DNA of 36,666 bases from Proteiniphilum sp. (GTDB taxonomy: Bacteria; Bacteroidota; Bacteroidia; Bacteroidales; Dysgonomonadaceae), in assembly GCA_031255275.1 (NCBI GenBank), contig JAIRSV010000152.1, positions 1 through 36,666 on the forward strand. Reading direction: 5' to 3'. Every line of letters begins with the position of its first letter. The first letter of the stretch is position 1. Made by a program: the position numbers and the translations under genes. Positions 17,669 through 26,566 of the stretch are shown in pieces. The notes under the pieces are model-generated. The model was not told the DNA's origin, searched no databases, and was given only the letters and a program-made list of their open reading frames with translations.

Positions 17669-18982
17669 TTACTTCTGCGGGATGTAACGCACTTTGGTAA
17701 TCCTTTTTTTGTTCATCTCTTCTGCCAAGAAAGTGCATTTTTTGTAAGTAAAACTCTCTTTTCGTTTAGGGAAATCGCCTTTCAACTCCAGTATCAGCCC
17801 CGCAAGGGTATCTACCTCTTCCGACATTTTCTCGAAATCTTTTACCGGTAACCGCGTGATCTTGATAAAATCCTCTAACCGGGTTTTTCCTTCAAAGATA
17901 TAAGAACCGTCTGCCTCTACCGTATAAGAAGGCAATTCCTCATCATATTCGTCACTGATGTCGCCCACGATCTCTTCGAGAATATCCTCCATCGTGACCA
18001 ATCCCGATGTTCCTCCATATTCGTCCACCACGATTGCCATGTGGATTTTCTGGGTGCGGAATTCTTCCAGCAGATCGTCGATACGTTTTGTCCGCGGTAC
18101 AAAGTATGCCGGCCGGATCAGCGCCTGCCATTTGAAAGAAGTTGATTTTCCCAAATGAGACAGCAGGTCTTTTACGTACAATATCCCTTTGATATTGTCG
18201 GCATTTTCCTCAAAGACGGGGATGCGAGAAAAACCGGCGTCTATGATGAAACCGGTTATCTCGCTAAGGGGTTTTTGCAATTCAATGGCCACCACGTCGC
18301 TTCTGGAGACTGAAATATCGTCTACTAACTTATCTTTGAAGCGGATAATACCCTCAAGCATCTCTTTTTCCTGGTTGTGTGCAATCTCGTTAGAGCTGAT
18401 CTCAAGTGTCCGGGAGAAATCGTTTGCCGTCTCGCGCCGCCATTTCGAAACGGTATGGCTGAAAGTCGCGACATTTTTTGCAAACAGCTGAGAAAAGGGA
18501 CTCATCAGTATGTTTATCAGACGGATAAAAAGCCTGTTTCTGTCGGCGAAACGCAACGGATGACGCAAAGCATAACGTCTTGTGATAATGTTGGCGAGCA
18601 ACAGGAGAATACAAATGGAGACTATTACTTCCGGCACGGAGAAATTTATGCTGTTCCCCCCAAAAAGCGACGGGCGGTTCAGCAGATAGAAGACCAGTAC
18701 GGCGATGGAGACTTGCAGGATCAACTGGGCAATCGAGAGAGAGGCCAGTAACTTTTCCGGTTTTTTGAGGAGGTTCGAAATGCGAATTATCTTTGGCTCT
18801 TCAGAGGAGCGGAGATCATCGTCAAATTTCTTTTCGAGTGTGGGAAAAACTGCTTCAGCGCCCGAAGCAATTGCATTTACGATGATGAGCAGGAAAAGCA
18901 TCGCCACTATAATATAATCGGACAATGCATGTACGTTTGCGGTAGAATATACGTTTGATAACGATAATGGGGCGGGGTCCAA
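17669..18982 (-). CDS. gldE: Gliding motility-associated protein GldE (CNNM/CBS/CorC_HlyC)
   Basis: N-terminal TM region with ASGAEA, CBS pair (FSRIPVF, IVVDEYGGTSGLVTMEDILEEIVGDI), C-terminal TLAGLI. Conserved mutY-ssb-gldE-PPTase order. Confidence 0.85.
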   Translation of the reverse strand: MDPAPLSLSNVYSTANVHALSDYIIVAMLFLLIIVNAIASGAEAVFPTLEKKFDDDLRSSEEPKIIRISNLLKKPEKLLASLSIAQLILQVSIAVLVFYLLNRPSLFGGNSINFSVPEVIVSICILLLLANIITRRYALRHPLRFADRNRLFIRLINILMSPFSQLFAKNVATFSHTVSKWRRETANDFSRTLEISSNEIAHNQEKEMLEGIIRFKDKLVDDISVSRSDVVAIELQKPLSEITGFIIDAGFSRIPVFEENADNIKGILYVKDLLSHLGKSTSFKWQALIRPAYFVPRTKRIDDLLEEFRTQKIHMAIVVDEYGGTSGLVTMEDILEEIVGDISDEYDEELPSYTVEADGSYIFEGKTRLEDFIKITRLPVKDFEKMSEEVDTLAGLILELKGDFPKRKESFTYKKCTFLAEEMNKKRITKVRYIPQK

Positions 18983-19063
18983 GTGGCGGTTTTTTTATGA
19001 AACAAAGAGAGAATGTTTTAACTCTTGATTTCCCGTAAGGGCAAGTGATAAAACATTCTCCCG

Positions 19064-19071
19064 CAAAAATA
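19064..19071 (-). promoter_or_regulatory. -7 promoter element upstream of gldE
   Basis: Minus strand reads TATTTTTG. Confidence 0.55.
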
Positions 19072-19082
19072 CAATGTTTTAT

Positions 19083-19547
19083 TTAAAAAGGCAAATCATC
19101 CACATCGGAGATTTCCTCCCGGGGAGCAGAACTCGAGGAAGATCCCGACGAAGAGGAGGAATAATTCTGTCCGGGTTCATTCTCTTTGCTTCCGGATCCC
19201 TCGTCTCCACCCCCTCTGCGACCCAGAAGTTCCAGATTGTCTGCAACCACCTCGGTGATATACCTCTTCACGCCATTCTGGTCGTCATACGAGCGGGAAC
19301 GGATCTTCCCTTCTACATACAATAATGTTCCTTTCTTTACAAATTTTTCGGCAACCTGCGCCAATCCTCTCCAACATACGATGTTATGCCATTCCGTACG
19401 TTCTGGAATCTGAGTGCCGCCAGAAGTTGTATAACCTCTCTCGCTGGTTGCAAGCGAGAAATTCGCCTTTGCAACATCATTGTCAAAATACTTCATTTCC
19501 GGGTCTCTTCCCACATTTCCCACTAAAACTACTTTGTTTACCGACAT
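19083..19547 (-). CDS. ssb: Single-stranded DNA-binding protein
   Basis: VNKVVLVGNVGRDPE, TEWHNIVCW, YVEGKIRSRSY, C-terminal DDLPF. Confidence 0.97.
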   Translation of the reverse strand: MSVNKVVLVGNVGRDPEMKYFDNDVAKANFSLATSERGYTTSGGTQIPERTEWHNIVCWRGLAQVAEKFVKKGTLLYVEGKIRSRSYDDQNGVKRYITEVVADNLELLGRRGGGDEGSGSKENEPGQNYSSSSSGSSSSSAPREEISDVDDLPF

Positions 19548-19591
19548 AATTTAAAAATTTTTTGGGTTTAGAATCGCTTTCGCTGCGGAAA

Positions 19592-19599
19592 CAAAATTA
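19592..19599 (-). promoter_or_regulatory. -7 promoter element of ssb
   Basis: Minus strand reads TAATTTTG. Confidence 0.6.
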
Positions 19600-19631
19600 A
19601 GTATTTATTTGTAACTGACAACAAAGAACAC

Positions 19632-20702
19632 TTAAATTATTTCGAGATATTTGTGCGTTAGTCTTGCTACAGGATAGTCCGAAAGGCGCTCATCCTCAAT
19701 TTCAAATATTCCCTTAGGAGGAATATAAGGAGTCCTGTCGGGAATAATTACCCGGTAAAAACGGGTGTGTATAGTCTGATGCGTGAGTTGATGTTTAATC
19801 GTGAGCCGGTGATCGACGGACAGAGAGGGTATTCCGCTGAAAAACTGCCGGAAGGCATCTGTCTTTTCCAGTTCCGCGAAATCCGACGGCTCCGGAGTTT
19901 CGATCAGGGGAAATTCGAACAAGTTTTTCCAAATATCCGACCCGTTGCGCTTCTGCAGAAATGTGCAGTTGTTGTACCGGATATGAAAATAATGGAAGTA
20001 GCGGTTTCTGACGGAAATTTTCCGTTCGTTTACCGGAAGTTCGCCAACGCGGTTTTCGGCAAAAGCCGTACAGTATTCCAAAAGTACACATTCCATACAC
20101 CGGGGTTGCGCGGGCGTGCAGATCAAAGCGCCGAAATCCATGACGGCCTGGTTGTGTTTTCCGGGATTTCCGGGATCAAGCAGAGACTGTGCAATCTCTT
20201 TAATTACTTTTTTTCCTTCCGAAGCGTGTATGGACAATTCGATGCCAAACAGACGCGCCATTACCCGGAATACATTGCCGTCGACCACTGCATGTGGCTC
20301 ATTGAAAGCTATCGACGAAATTGCCGCCGCTGTATATTCGCCGACACCCCTCAGAGAGATAATATCGGAATAAGCGGATGGAAATATGCCGCTGAAGGTT
20401 TCCATCACCTGTTTTGCCGCGGCATGCAAGTTACGAGCACGGGTGTAATATCCCAGGCCCTGCCATAATTTCAATACCTCATCTTCTTCGGCAGCGGCAA
20501 GTGATTTTACGTTTGGAAACCTCTCGATGAACCGAAAATAGTAGTCTTTGCCTTGCGCGACTCTCGTCTGCTGCAAAATTATTTCTGATATCCATATCTT
20601 ATAAGGGTCGCCGGTTTCGCGCCACGGCAGATCGCGACCCTGTTTCCTGTACCAATTCCGTAAAGAAGCGGTGATCATTGAGCTTTCGGCAATTTTTTTC
20701 AT
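19632..20702 (-). CDS. mutY: A/G-specific adenine glycosylase MutY
   Basis: RDLPWR, WISEIILQQT, WQGLGYYTRARNL, VDGNVFRV, Fe-S motif C-X6-C-X2-C-X5-C. Start set at ATG 20702 because the ORF-track TTG (20744) lies in a TAGTTTTG promoter element (20742-20749). Confidence 0.95.
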   Translation of the reverse strand: MKKIAESSMITASLRNWYRKQGRDLPWRETGDPYKIWISEIILQQTRVAQGKDYYFRFIERFPNVKSLAAAEEDEVLKLWQGLGYYTRARNLHAAAKQVMETFSGIFPSAYSDIISLRGVGEYTAAAISSIAFNEPHAVVDGNVFRVMARLFGIELSIHASEGKKVIKEIAQSLLDPGNPGKHNQAVMDFGALICTPAQPRCMECVLLEYCTAFAENRVGELPVNERKISVRNRYFHYFHIRYNNCTFLQKRNGSDIWKNLFEFPLIETPEPSDFAELEKTDAFRQFFSGIPSLSVDHRLTIKHQLTHQTIHTRFYRVIIPDRTPYIPPKGIFEIEDERLSDYPVARLTHKYLEII

Positions 20703-20932
20703 TACATTTCCATTCCGATCGGGATTATTCTTTTTGCGCTGCAAAACTAATTAAAAAAGAGTCGGGCACCAAGACTGTCTGCAGATTTCACGATTTAACC
20801 GTTTGAAAATTTGCCGGTTCGACGATGAAATTCCGAATTGACTGTCAATGGCGCAAAATCCTAAATCTTGAATACAAAAACAAAATAATCATATAAAAGA
20901 TGTTTCTGCGGAAAAATTCCCACCATTTATTT

Positions 20933-20961
20933 TTTGTGTTAAAGAAAAAGCTATATATTTG
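20933..20961 (+). promoter_or_regulatory. Promoter of HU-bS22-rng
   Basis: TATATTTG at 20954-20961 with upstream TTTG at 20933-20936. Confidence 0.7.
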
Positions 20962-21023
20962 CAGTCCAAAATTTTACTAAATATCCCAAGGTACTATTTT
21001 TAATATTAAAATACAAATTAAAC

Positions 21024-21311
21024 ATGACGAAAGCAGACATTGTAAATGAGATTGCAAAGAAAACCGGTGTAGATAAGGCTTCGGTATTGGCGACGGTAGA
21101 GTCTTTTATGGACGTGGTAAAAGACTCTTTGACAAGTAACGAAAACGTATACCTCAGAGGTTTTGGTAGTTTCATCGTGAAGAGGAGGGCGCAGAAAACG
21201 GCTCGTAATATTTCAAGGAATACAACCATCATCATCCCCGAACATAATATCCCAGCCTTCAAGCCGGCCAAAACATTCGTAGGTCAGGTAAAGGGTGATA
21301 ATAATATATAA
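21024..21311 (+). CDS. hup: HU/IHF family DNA-binding protein
   Basis: MTKADIVNEIA, VYLRGFGSF, RAQKTARNI, IPAFKPAK. Confidence 0.95.
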   Translation: MTKADIVNEIAKKTGVDKASVLATVESFMDVVKDSLTSNENVYLRGFGSFIVKRRAQKTARNISRNTTIIIPEHNIPAFKPAKTFVGQVKGDNNI

Positions 21312-21332
21312 TTAAATAAAGGAGAAATATAT

Positions 21333-21425
21333 ATGCCAAGCGGAAAAAAAAGAAAAAGGCATAAAATGTCTGTACACAAGCGTAAAAAAAGACTCAGAAA
21401 AAACAGGCACAAGAAGAAAAAATGA
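21333..21425 (+). CDS. 30S ribosomal protein bS22-like (AURKAIP1/COX24/DUF1713 family), 30 aa
   Basis: Hand translation MPSGKKRKRHKMSVHKRKKRLRKNRHKKKK*, recognised as the small basic Bacteroidetes bS22 type. Below the ORF-track length cutoff. Confidence 0.9.
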   Translation: MPSGKKRKRHKMSVHKRKKRLRKNRHKKKK

Positions 21426-21599
21426 AGCCATAATACTTTTTTTACTCAAAAAAAATAGAGGGACAAACTTAAAAGGCCCGATGGCTCATTAAGTTTGTTC
21501 TTTGTATGTAAACGGGGAAAGGGTTCTGGTGAGAGCCGCCTTCTGTTGAGAAGACAGATGCCCGGATAGTAGAATTTTAATTTTATAAAAACAACAATT

Positions 21600-23168
21600 G
21601 TGACAAGCGAACTTGTTGTAGACGTTCAATCCAAAGAAATAACCATTGCCGTTCTCGAAGACAGGAAATTAGTGGAATTGCAACGCGAGAGCCTGGATGG
21701 TTCTTTCGCGGTTGGAAACGTCTACCTGGGCAAAGTTAAGAAACTGATGCCCGCCCTCAACGCTGCTTTTGTGAATGTGGGACATAAAAAGGACGCTTTT
21801 CTTCACTACTTGGATTTAGGGGTTGAATTCAACTCGGTTCTCTATTTTCAGAAACTGATTGAAGACAAAAAGAAGATGTTGCAGCCTCAGAAAATGAAGT
21901 TGCAGCCCGACATCGAAAAAGAGGGGTTTATCTCGGATATGTTGAAAGTAGGACAGGAGATACTGGTGCAAGTCTCCAAGGAGCCTATTTCGACAAAAGG
22001 TCCGAGATTAACGGCCGAGATCTCTTTTGCCGGACGATTCATGGTATTAATTCCGTTTGTCAACCGGGTATCGGTATCGCAGAAAATCAAATCGCGCGAG
22101 GAGCGTGCCCGGCTTCGGCAGTTGATTCAGAGCATCAAACCGAAAAACTTCGGGGTTATCATACGTACCAATGCCGAGGGGAAGCGGGTGGCCGATCTTG
22201 ATGCTGAGTTGAAAGTGCTGCTGAAGAGGTGGGATGACAATATCGGCAAGATACAGAAAAATAAGGCGCCCACGCTTATCTATGAGGAGACGGGACGCAC
22301 CGTTGCGCTGTTACGCGATATTTTCAATCCCTCTTTCGAACAGATCCATGTCAATGACCGGGAAGTTACCCGGCAGATTGCCGATTATGTGAGTGTGATC
22401 GCTCCCGACCGTAAGAACGTTGTCAGGGAATACAGGGGAGTGCTTCCCATTTCGGATAAATTCGGCATTACCAAACAGGTTAAATCGCTCTTCGGTGAGA
22501 CCGTTACGTTCAAGAACGGCGCTTATCTCATTATCGAGCATACCGAGGCTTTGCATGTGATTGACGTGAACAGCGGAAATCGCAACAAATCGAAACTCGG
22601 TCAGGAAGACAGCGCTTACGAGGTGAATGTTGCTGCCGCCGAAGAGATTGCCCGTCAGTTGCGTCTGCGGGATATGGGTGGTATCATCGTTATCGACTTC
22701 ATTGACATGAGCAAGGGGGAGCATCGTAACAAACTGCTCGCCAGAATGCAGGAGTTGATGGCAAAAGACAGAGCCAAACACAATATCCTGCCTTTGAGCA
22801 AGTTTGGATTGATGCAGATTACGCGCCAGCGTGTCCGCCCCGAGATGGAAGTTGCTACAAGCGAGGTTTGCCCCACCTGCTTTGGCAAGGGAAAAATAAA
22901 GTCGTCGATTCTTTTCACAGATACGCTGGAGGGAAAGATCGACTATTTAGTATCCAAGTTAAAAGTGAAGAAATTCAGCCTGCATATACATCCCTATGTT
23001 GCAGCTTATATTCAGAAGGGTCTCTTTTCGTTGAAATACAAGTGGAGAAGAAAATTCCAGGCAGATATGAAGATTATCCCCGACCAAAAGCTCGGGTTTC
23101 TGCAGTATGAATTTTATGACCGGGAGGGAAACGAAATAGATCTGAAAGATGAAATTGAAATGAAATAA
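21600..23168 (+). CDS. rng: Rne/Rng family ribonuclease (RNase G-like)
   Basis: GTG start; GNVYLGKV..AAFVNVG, QVSKEPISTKGPRLT, IDVNSG, IARQLRLRDMGGIIVIDFIDM, CPTCFGKG. Confidence 0.95.
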   Translation: MTSELVVDVQSKEITIAVLEDRKLVELQRESLDGSFAVGNVYLGKVKKLMPALNAAFVNVGHKKDAFLHYLDLGVEFNSVLYFQKLIEDKKKMLQPQKMKLQPDIEKEGFISDMLKVGQEILVQVSKEPISTKGPRLTAEISFAGRFMVLIPFVNRVSVSQKIKSREERARLRQLIQSIKPKNFGVIIRTNAEGKRVADLDAELKVLLKRWDDNIGKIQKNKAPTLIYEETGRTVALLRDIFNPSFEQIHVNDREVTRQIADYVSVIAPDRKNVVREYRGVLPISDKFGITKQVKSLFGETVTFKNGAYLIIEHTEALHVIDVNSGNRNKSKLGQEDSAYEVNVAAAEEIARQLRLRDMGGIIVIDFIDMSKGEHRNKLLARMQELMAKDRAKHNILPLSKFGLMQITRQRVRPEMEVATSEVCPTCFGKGKIKSSILFTDTLEGKIDYLVSKLKVKKFSLHIHPYVAAYIQKGLFSLKYKWRRKFQADMKIIPDQKLGFLQYEFYDREGNEIDLKDEIEMK

Positions 23169-23215
23169 ATAACCTGGCTCCGTCACCCCTGCGTGACGGG
23201 GACGGAAAGCAAAAT

Positions 23216-23251
23216 AAAAGCCGGTATTCCATCAGTGAATATCGGCTTTTT
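23216..23251. terminator. Bidirectional intrinsic terminator between rng and priA
   Basis: aaaagccggtattc-catcagt-gaatatcggcttttt, with an A run on the left and a T run on the right. Confidence 0.85.
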
Positions 23252-23256
23252 ACATT

Positions 23257-25485
23257 TTACACCCAATCCACATTATAATATAGGAGTACCTGTTTGAAGC
23301 GATTATTTTCCCGGAAGCGGGATTCGGCCGATTTGATCAGTTCTCTGGCGCGGGCGGGCGAAAACTGATTTTCGATTTTCAGTAAAATTTCGCGGATGTT
23401 CTGTTGCCGGATACGGCTGATTACCGGCTTGCCCGGCCCGAGGACTCTGCTGCCGAGCGACTGTTTCAGCAGCTGGGCGAGGGAGGCCGCGCCCGCTTCG
23501 GCTATCTGCTCGTCTTTGTGTTTCAATACAATGGAAATAAGGCGGGTGAACGGTGGATAGTTGAAGAGTTCCCTCTCGGCGATCTGGGAATGATAAAAGC
23601 CTGCGTAATCGTTGCGGGTGACGAACCTGTAAACGGGCTGTTCCGGGTCGGCCGTTTGAATGATGACTGTCCCCTGCCTGTCTCTGCGGCCTGCTCGTCC
23701 GGCTGCCTGTGTGATCAGCTGGAAGCCGCGCTCGTGGGAACGGAAATCGGGATAGTTCAGCAGCGAATCGGCGGCGATAATGCCTACTACTCGTACATTC
23801 CCGAAGTCTAACCCTTTTGAAATCATCTGTGTCCCTATCAGTATCCGGATACGGTTTTCCTGAAAGTCGCCGATGAGGCGCCCGTATGAATCCCGACTGC
23901 GGACAGTGTCGCCGTCCATCCGGCCTGTCTCCGCTCCGGGGAAAAGCCGGGAGACTTCTTCTTCCAGCTGTTCCGTTCCCGCTCCGAGGGATTTCAATTC
24001 TCCGCCGCGGCAGCAGGGACATTCTGCCGGCAGGGGGATGGTGGCGCTGCAGTGGTGACATATCAGTTTGTGTGCCTTTTTGTGCCAGGTGAGTGTGACG
24101 TCGCAGTGTTTGCATTTGGGCGTCCAGGCACATGCCGTACATTCGATCACGGGGGCGAAGCCGCGGCGGTTGCGGAAGAGTATGACCTGTTCACCGTTTT
24201 CCAGTGCCTGGCTGATCTCTTCTGTCAGCGCGGGGGAGAGCGCCGTTTTCATTTTCTTCCGCAGGCGCAGTTCTCTGGTGTTTTCCAGCCGGATGAGGGG
24301 GGGGGCGATTTTGCCGAAGCGTTCATTGAGGGTGACCAGTCCGTATTTTCCGGCCCGGGCGTTATAATAGGATTCTACGGAGGGGGTGGCTGAACCCAGC
24401 AGCGTTTTTGCTCCTGATATGCGGGCCAGCATGAGGGCTGTGTCGCGGGCGTGATAGCGGGGCGAAGGTTCGGATTGTCTGTAAGCGGTTTCGTGTTCCT
24501 CGTCCACGATCACAAGTCCCAGGCGCCGGAACGGGAGGAAGAGGGAGGAGCGTACGCCCAGTATGATTTCGTAAGGTGTTTCGGACAGCATCTTCAGCCA
24601 GATTTCCGTTCGCTCGTGTTCGTCGATCCCGGAGTGGTAGATGCCTATCCGGTCGCCGAAAACGGCCTGGAGTCGCTGGGTGAGTTGCGTGGTCAGTGCT
24701 ATTTCGGGGAGGAGGTAGAGGGTTTGTTTGCCTTCGCTGAGGTGTTGACGGATGAGATGGATGTAGATTTCTGTTTTGCCGCTGGAGGTGACGCCGTGCA
24801 AAAGGACGGTTTGTCTGTCGGAAAAGCTGTTGCGGACAGCGTCCAGCGCTTTCTGCTGCTCTTCGCTCAGCGGAAAGGGGTGGCGGATGGGGGTGATTTC
24901 GCGGCGGAGGCGGCTTGCTTCCACGGTGTGGGTGTGCAGAATTTTTTTCTGAAGCAGTCCGTTCAGTACGGCCGGGGAGTAGCTCCGAAGTTCTTTGATC
25001 TCTTTTCTGCTGATGCTTTCCCGACCGGTTTCGTTGAGGAAGTGTGCTATCTCGTCGAGCAGCACTTGCTGTTTTCGTGCTCTTCCGGGGGTTGCGGCGG
25101 CGGTGGACGCGGGAGTGATGCGGAGGTGTGTCTCGCTTTTGGGGATGAAGCCGGGTTGCAGGTCGGCGGGTGTCATCGGGGCGGGGAGTGCTGCTTTGAA
25201 TACGTCGCCCGGTGAGGATAGGTAATAGAAAGAGATCCATTCCCAGAGGTCCAGTTGCTGTCCGGTTACGACAGGGGCTGAATCTGTAAGGGAACGGATC
25301 TCTTTGACTGTAAAATTTCCGGGGGGTTGCCGGTGCAGCTTTGTGACGATTGCGGTGTAATATTTTCGCCGTCCGAAGGGTACGGTAACCCTGAATCCGC
25401 GTCCGATCCGGCTCTGCATTTCATCCGGAACGGCGTATGTGTACGTGCCGGAGAGCGGGAGCGGCAATATTACATCGGCGTACAT
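23257..25485 (-). CDS. priA: Primosomal protein N' (replication restart helicase PriA)
   Basis: LLHGVTSSGKTEIY, LLPEIALT, VDEEHE, LGSATPS, NRRGFAP, four CxxC pairs, GTQMISKGLDF, GRAGRR. Confidence 0.97.
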   Translation of the reverse strand: MYADVILPLPLSGTYTYAVPDEMQSRIGRGFRVTVPFGRRKYYTAIVTKLHRQPPGNFTVKEIRSLTDSAPVVTGQQLDLWEWISFYYLSSPGDVFKAALPAPMTPADLQPGFIPKSETHLRITPASTAAATPGRARKQQVLLDEIAHFLNETGRESISRKEIKELRSYSPAVLNGLLQKKILHTHTVEASRLRREITPIRHPFPLSEEQQKALDAVRNSFSDRQTVLLHGVTSSGKTEIYIHLIRQHLSEGKQTLYLLPEIALTTQLTQRLQAVFGDRIGIYHSGIDEHERTEIWLKMLSETPYEIILGVRSSLFLPFRRLGLVIVDEEHETAYRQSEPSPRYHARDTALMLARISGAKTLLGSATPSVESYYNARAGKYGLVTLNERFGKIAPPLIRLENTRELRLRKKMKTALSPALTEEISQALENGEQVILFRNRRGFAPVIECTACAWTPKCKHCDVTLTWHKKAHKLICHHCSATIPLPAECPCCRGGELKSLGAGTEQLEEEVSRLFPGAETGRMDGDTVRSRDSYGRLIGDFQENRIRILIGTQMISKGLDFGNVRVVGIIAADSLLNYPDFRSHERGFQLITQAAGRAGRRDRQGTVIIQTADPEQPVYRFVTRNDYAGFYHSQIAERELFNYPPFTRLISIVLKHKDEQIAEAGAASLAQLLKQSLGSRVLGPGKPVISRIRQQNIREILLKIENQFSPARARELIKSAESRFRENNRFKQVLLYYNVDWV

Positions 25486-25488
25486 CGA

Positions 25489-26121
25489 TCAGAAGAAGAC
25501 CGACGCGGTGAGTGACCAGATGCCTTTGTTGTTATTGAGCAGGGCGTCGTCCCATTTGGGTTCGTTCACTGAATAGTCGTCAGTCAGTTTCAGCTGGTAG
25601 TTGAAGCCTACCTGCACGCGGCTGATGATGTCGGCGCCTATGCCGAAATTCAGTCCTGACTGGAATTTCTTTTCGCCGATGTCTCCAAAAACGTCCTCAA
25701 GCTTTTCGGAGCCGTCTCCGGCTATCTTAATCTGCATATACGGCCCGGCTGCAAGGTAGACTTTCAGGAGGGACAGGAGGCCGATCCGGTATTTCAGGTT
25801 GAGCGGCACGTCGATGTAATGAGAGGTTAATTCGTCGATACGGACTTTTTTCTCTTCGTCATTTACTTTATTTACTTTCATTTTTTCGTTACTGTAGAGC
25901 AGCGAGACGTCGAGTCCGAGCCCGATGAGGGGTAGTGTGAACTCTGCGACCGGGCCGATCTTGTAGGAGTTCATATTCTCTACGGAGTAGACATCTTTTG
26001 TCAGCGAGGGTGTGTTGATACCCACTTCGCCTTTTGCTCCGAAACGTACTTGTGCATTTACTGCTGCTCCTGTCATCAAAAACAGGACGAAACCGATTAA
26101 GAATAATTTGTTTGTTTTCAT
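25489..26121 (-). CDS. Porin family / outer-membrane beta-barrel protein
   Basis: Signal peptide ending VNA-QVRFGAKG, YIDVPLNLKY, YLAAGPY, GLNFGIG, terminal ASVFF. Confidence 0.85.
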   Translation of the reverse strand: MKTNKLFLIGFVLFLMTGAAVNAQVRFGAKGEVGINTPSLTKDVYSVENMNSYKIGPVAEFTLPLIGLGLDVSLLYSNEKMKVNKVNDEEKKVRIDELTSHYIDVPLNLKYRIGLLSLLKVYLAAGPYMQIKIAGDGSEKLEDVFGDIGEKKFQSGLNFGIGADIISRVQVGFNYQLKLTDDYSVNEPKWDDALLNNNKGIWSLTASVFF

Positions 26122-26164
26122 TTTGAATTTGTTTGATAAAATTGGATTTTTGCCTTAGGTTCTG

Positions 26165-26172
26165 CAAAGCTA
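26165..26172 (-). promoter_or_regulatory. -7 promoter element for OMP-priA
   Basis: Minus strand reads TAGCTTTG. Confidence 0.65.
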
Positions 26173-26440
26173 TAACATTTGAATGAATTTGCAACAGAAA
26201 GTGAAAAAAAATTTGCTCCTTTTGGCTTCCTCGAATCGTTTGACTTCCACTTAACCACATGCCGTCGCCTTTATATTGCGTAACTTTATTGTTGACGGTT
26301 GCATTATTGCCCTTAATGCTGTAACTGAACTTGTCGGTTACCTTCCATCTCTAAAAAGTGTTATGGTCAGCGTCCGCACACAAGAGTGCCATATCGCCTC
26401 TGCAGATTATAAGCCGGTTTGGTCTGACCGTTATTCATGG

Positions 26441-26566
26441 TTTATTCTCTGGAATGAACGGCTGATTCCCGGGAGTGAATGACTGATTCCCGGGAGTGAA
26501 CTACTGATTCCCGGGAGTGAATGACTGATTCCCGGGAATGAACTACTGATTCCCGGGAATGAACGG
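26441..26566. repeat. 21-bp tandem repeat array, consensus ctgattcccgggaRtgaaYNa, 5 units plus 1 degenerate
   Basis: Units at 26462, 26483, 26504, 26525 and 26546; degenerate unit at 26441. Confidence 0.95.

Noticed and set aside
17020-18982. PPTase and gldE as evidence of an NRPS/siderophore cluster or gliding motility
   Set aside because: The mutY-ssb-gldE-PPTase block is routine in non-gliding Bacteroidales, and no NRPS/PKS or other gld genes are present.
19110-19220. Ser/Gly low-complexity run in Ssb
   Set aside because: Normal disordered linker before the DDLPF tip.
26441-26566. CRISPR array, or 7-aa repeat proteins (ORFs 26442..26636 and 26276..26482)
   Set aside because: No spacers. 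The open frames follow from a 21-nt period lacking stops, with no credible start context or protein features.
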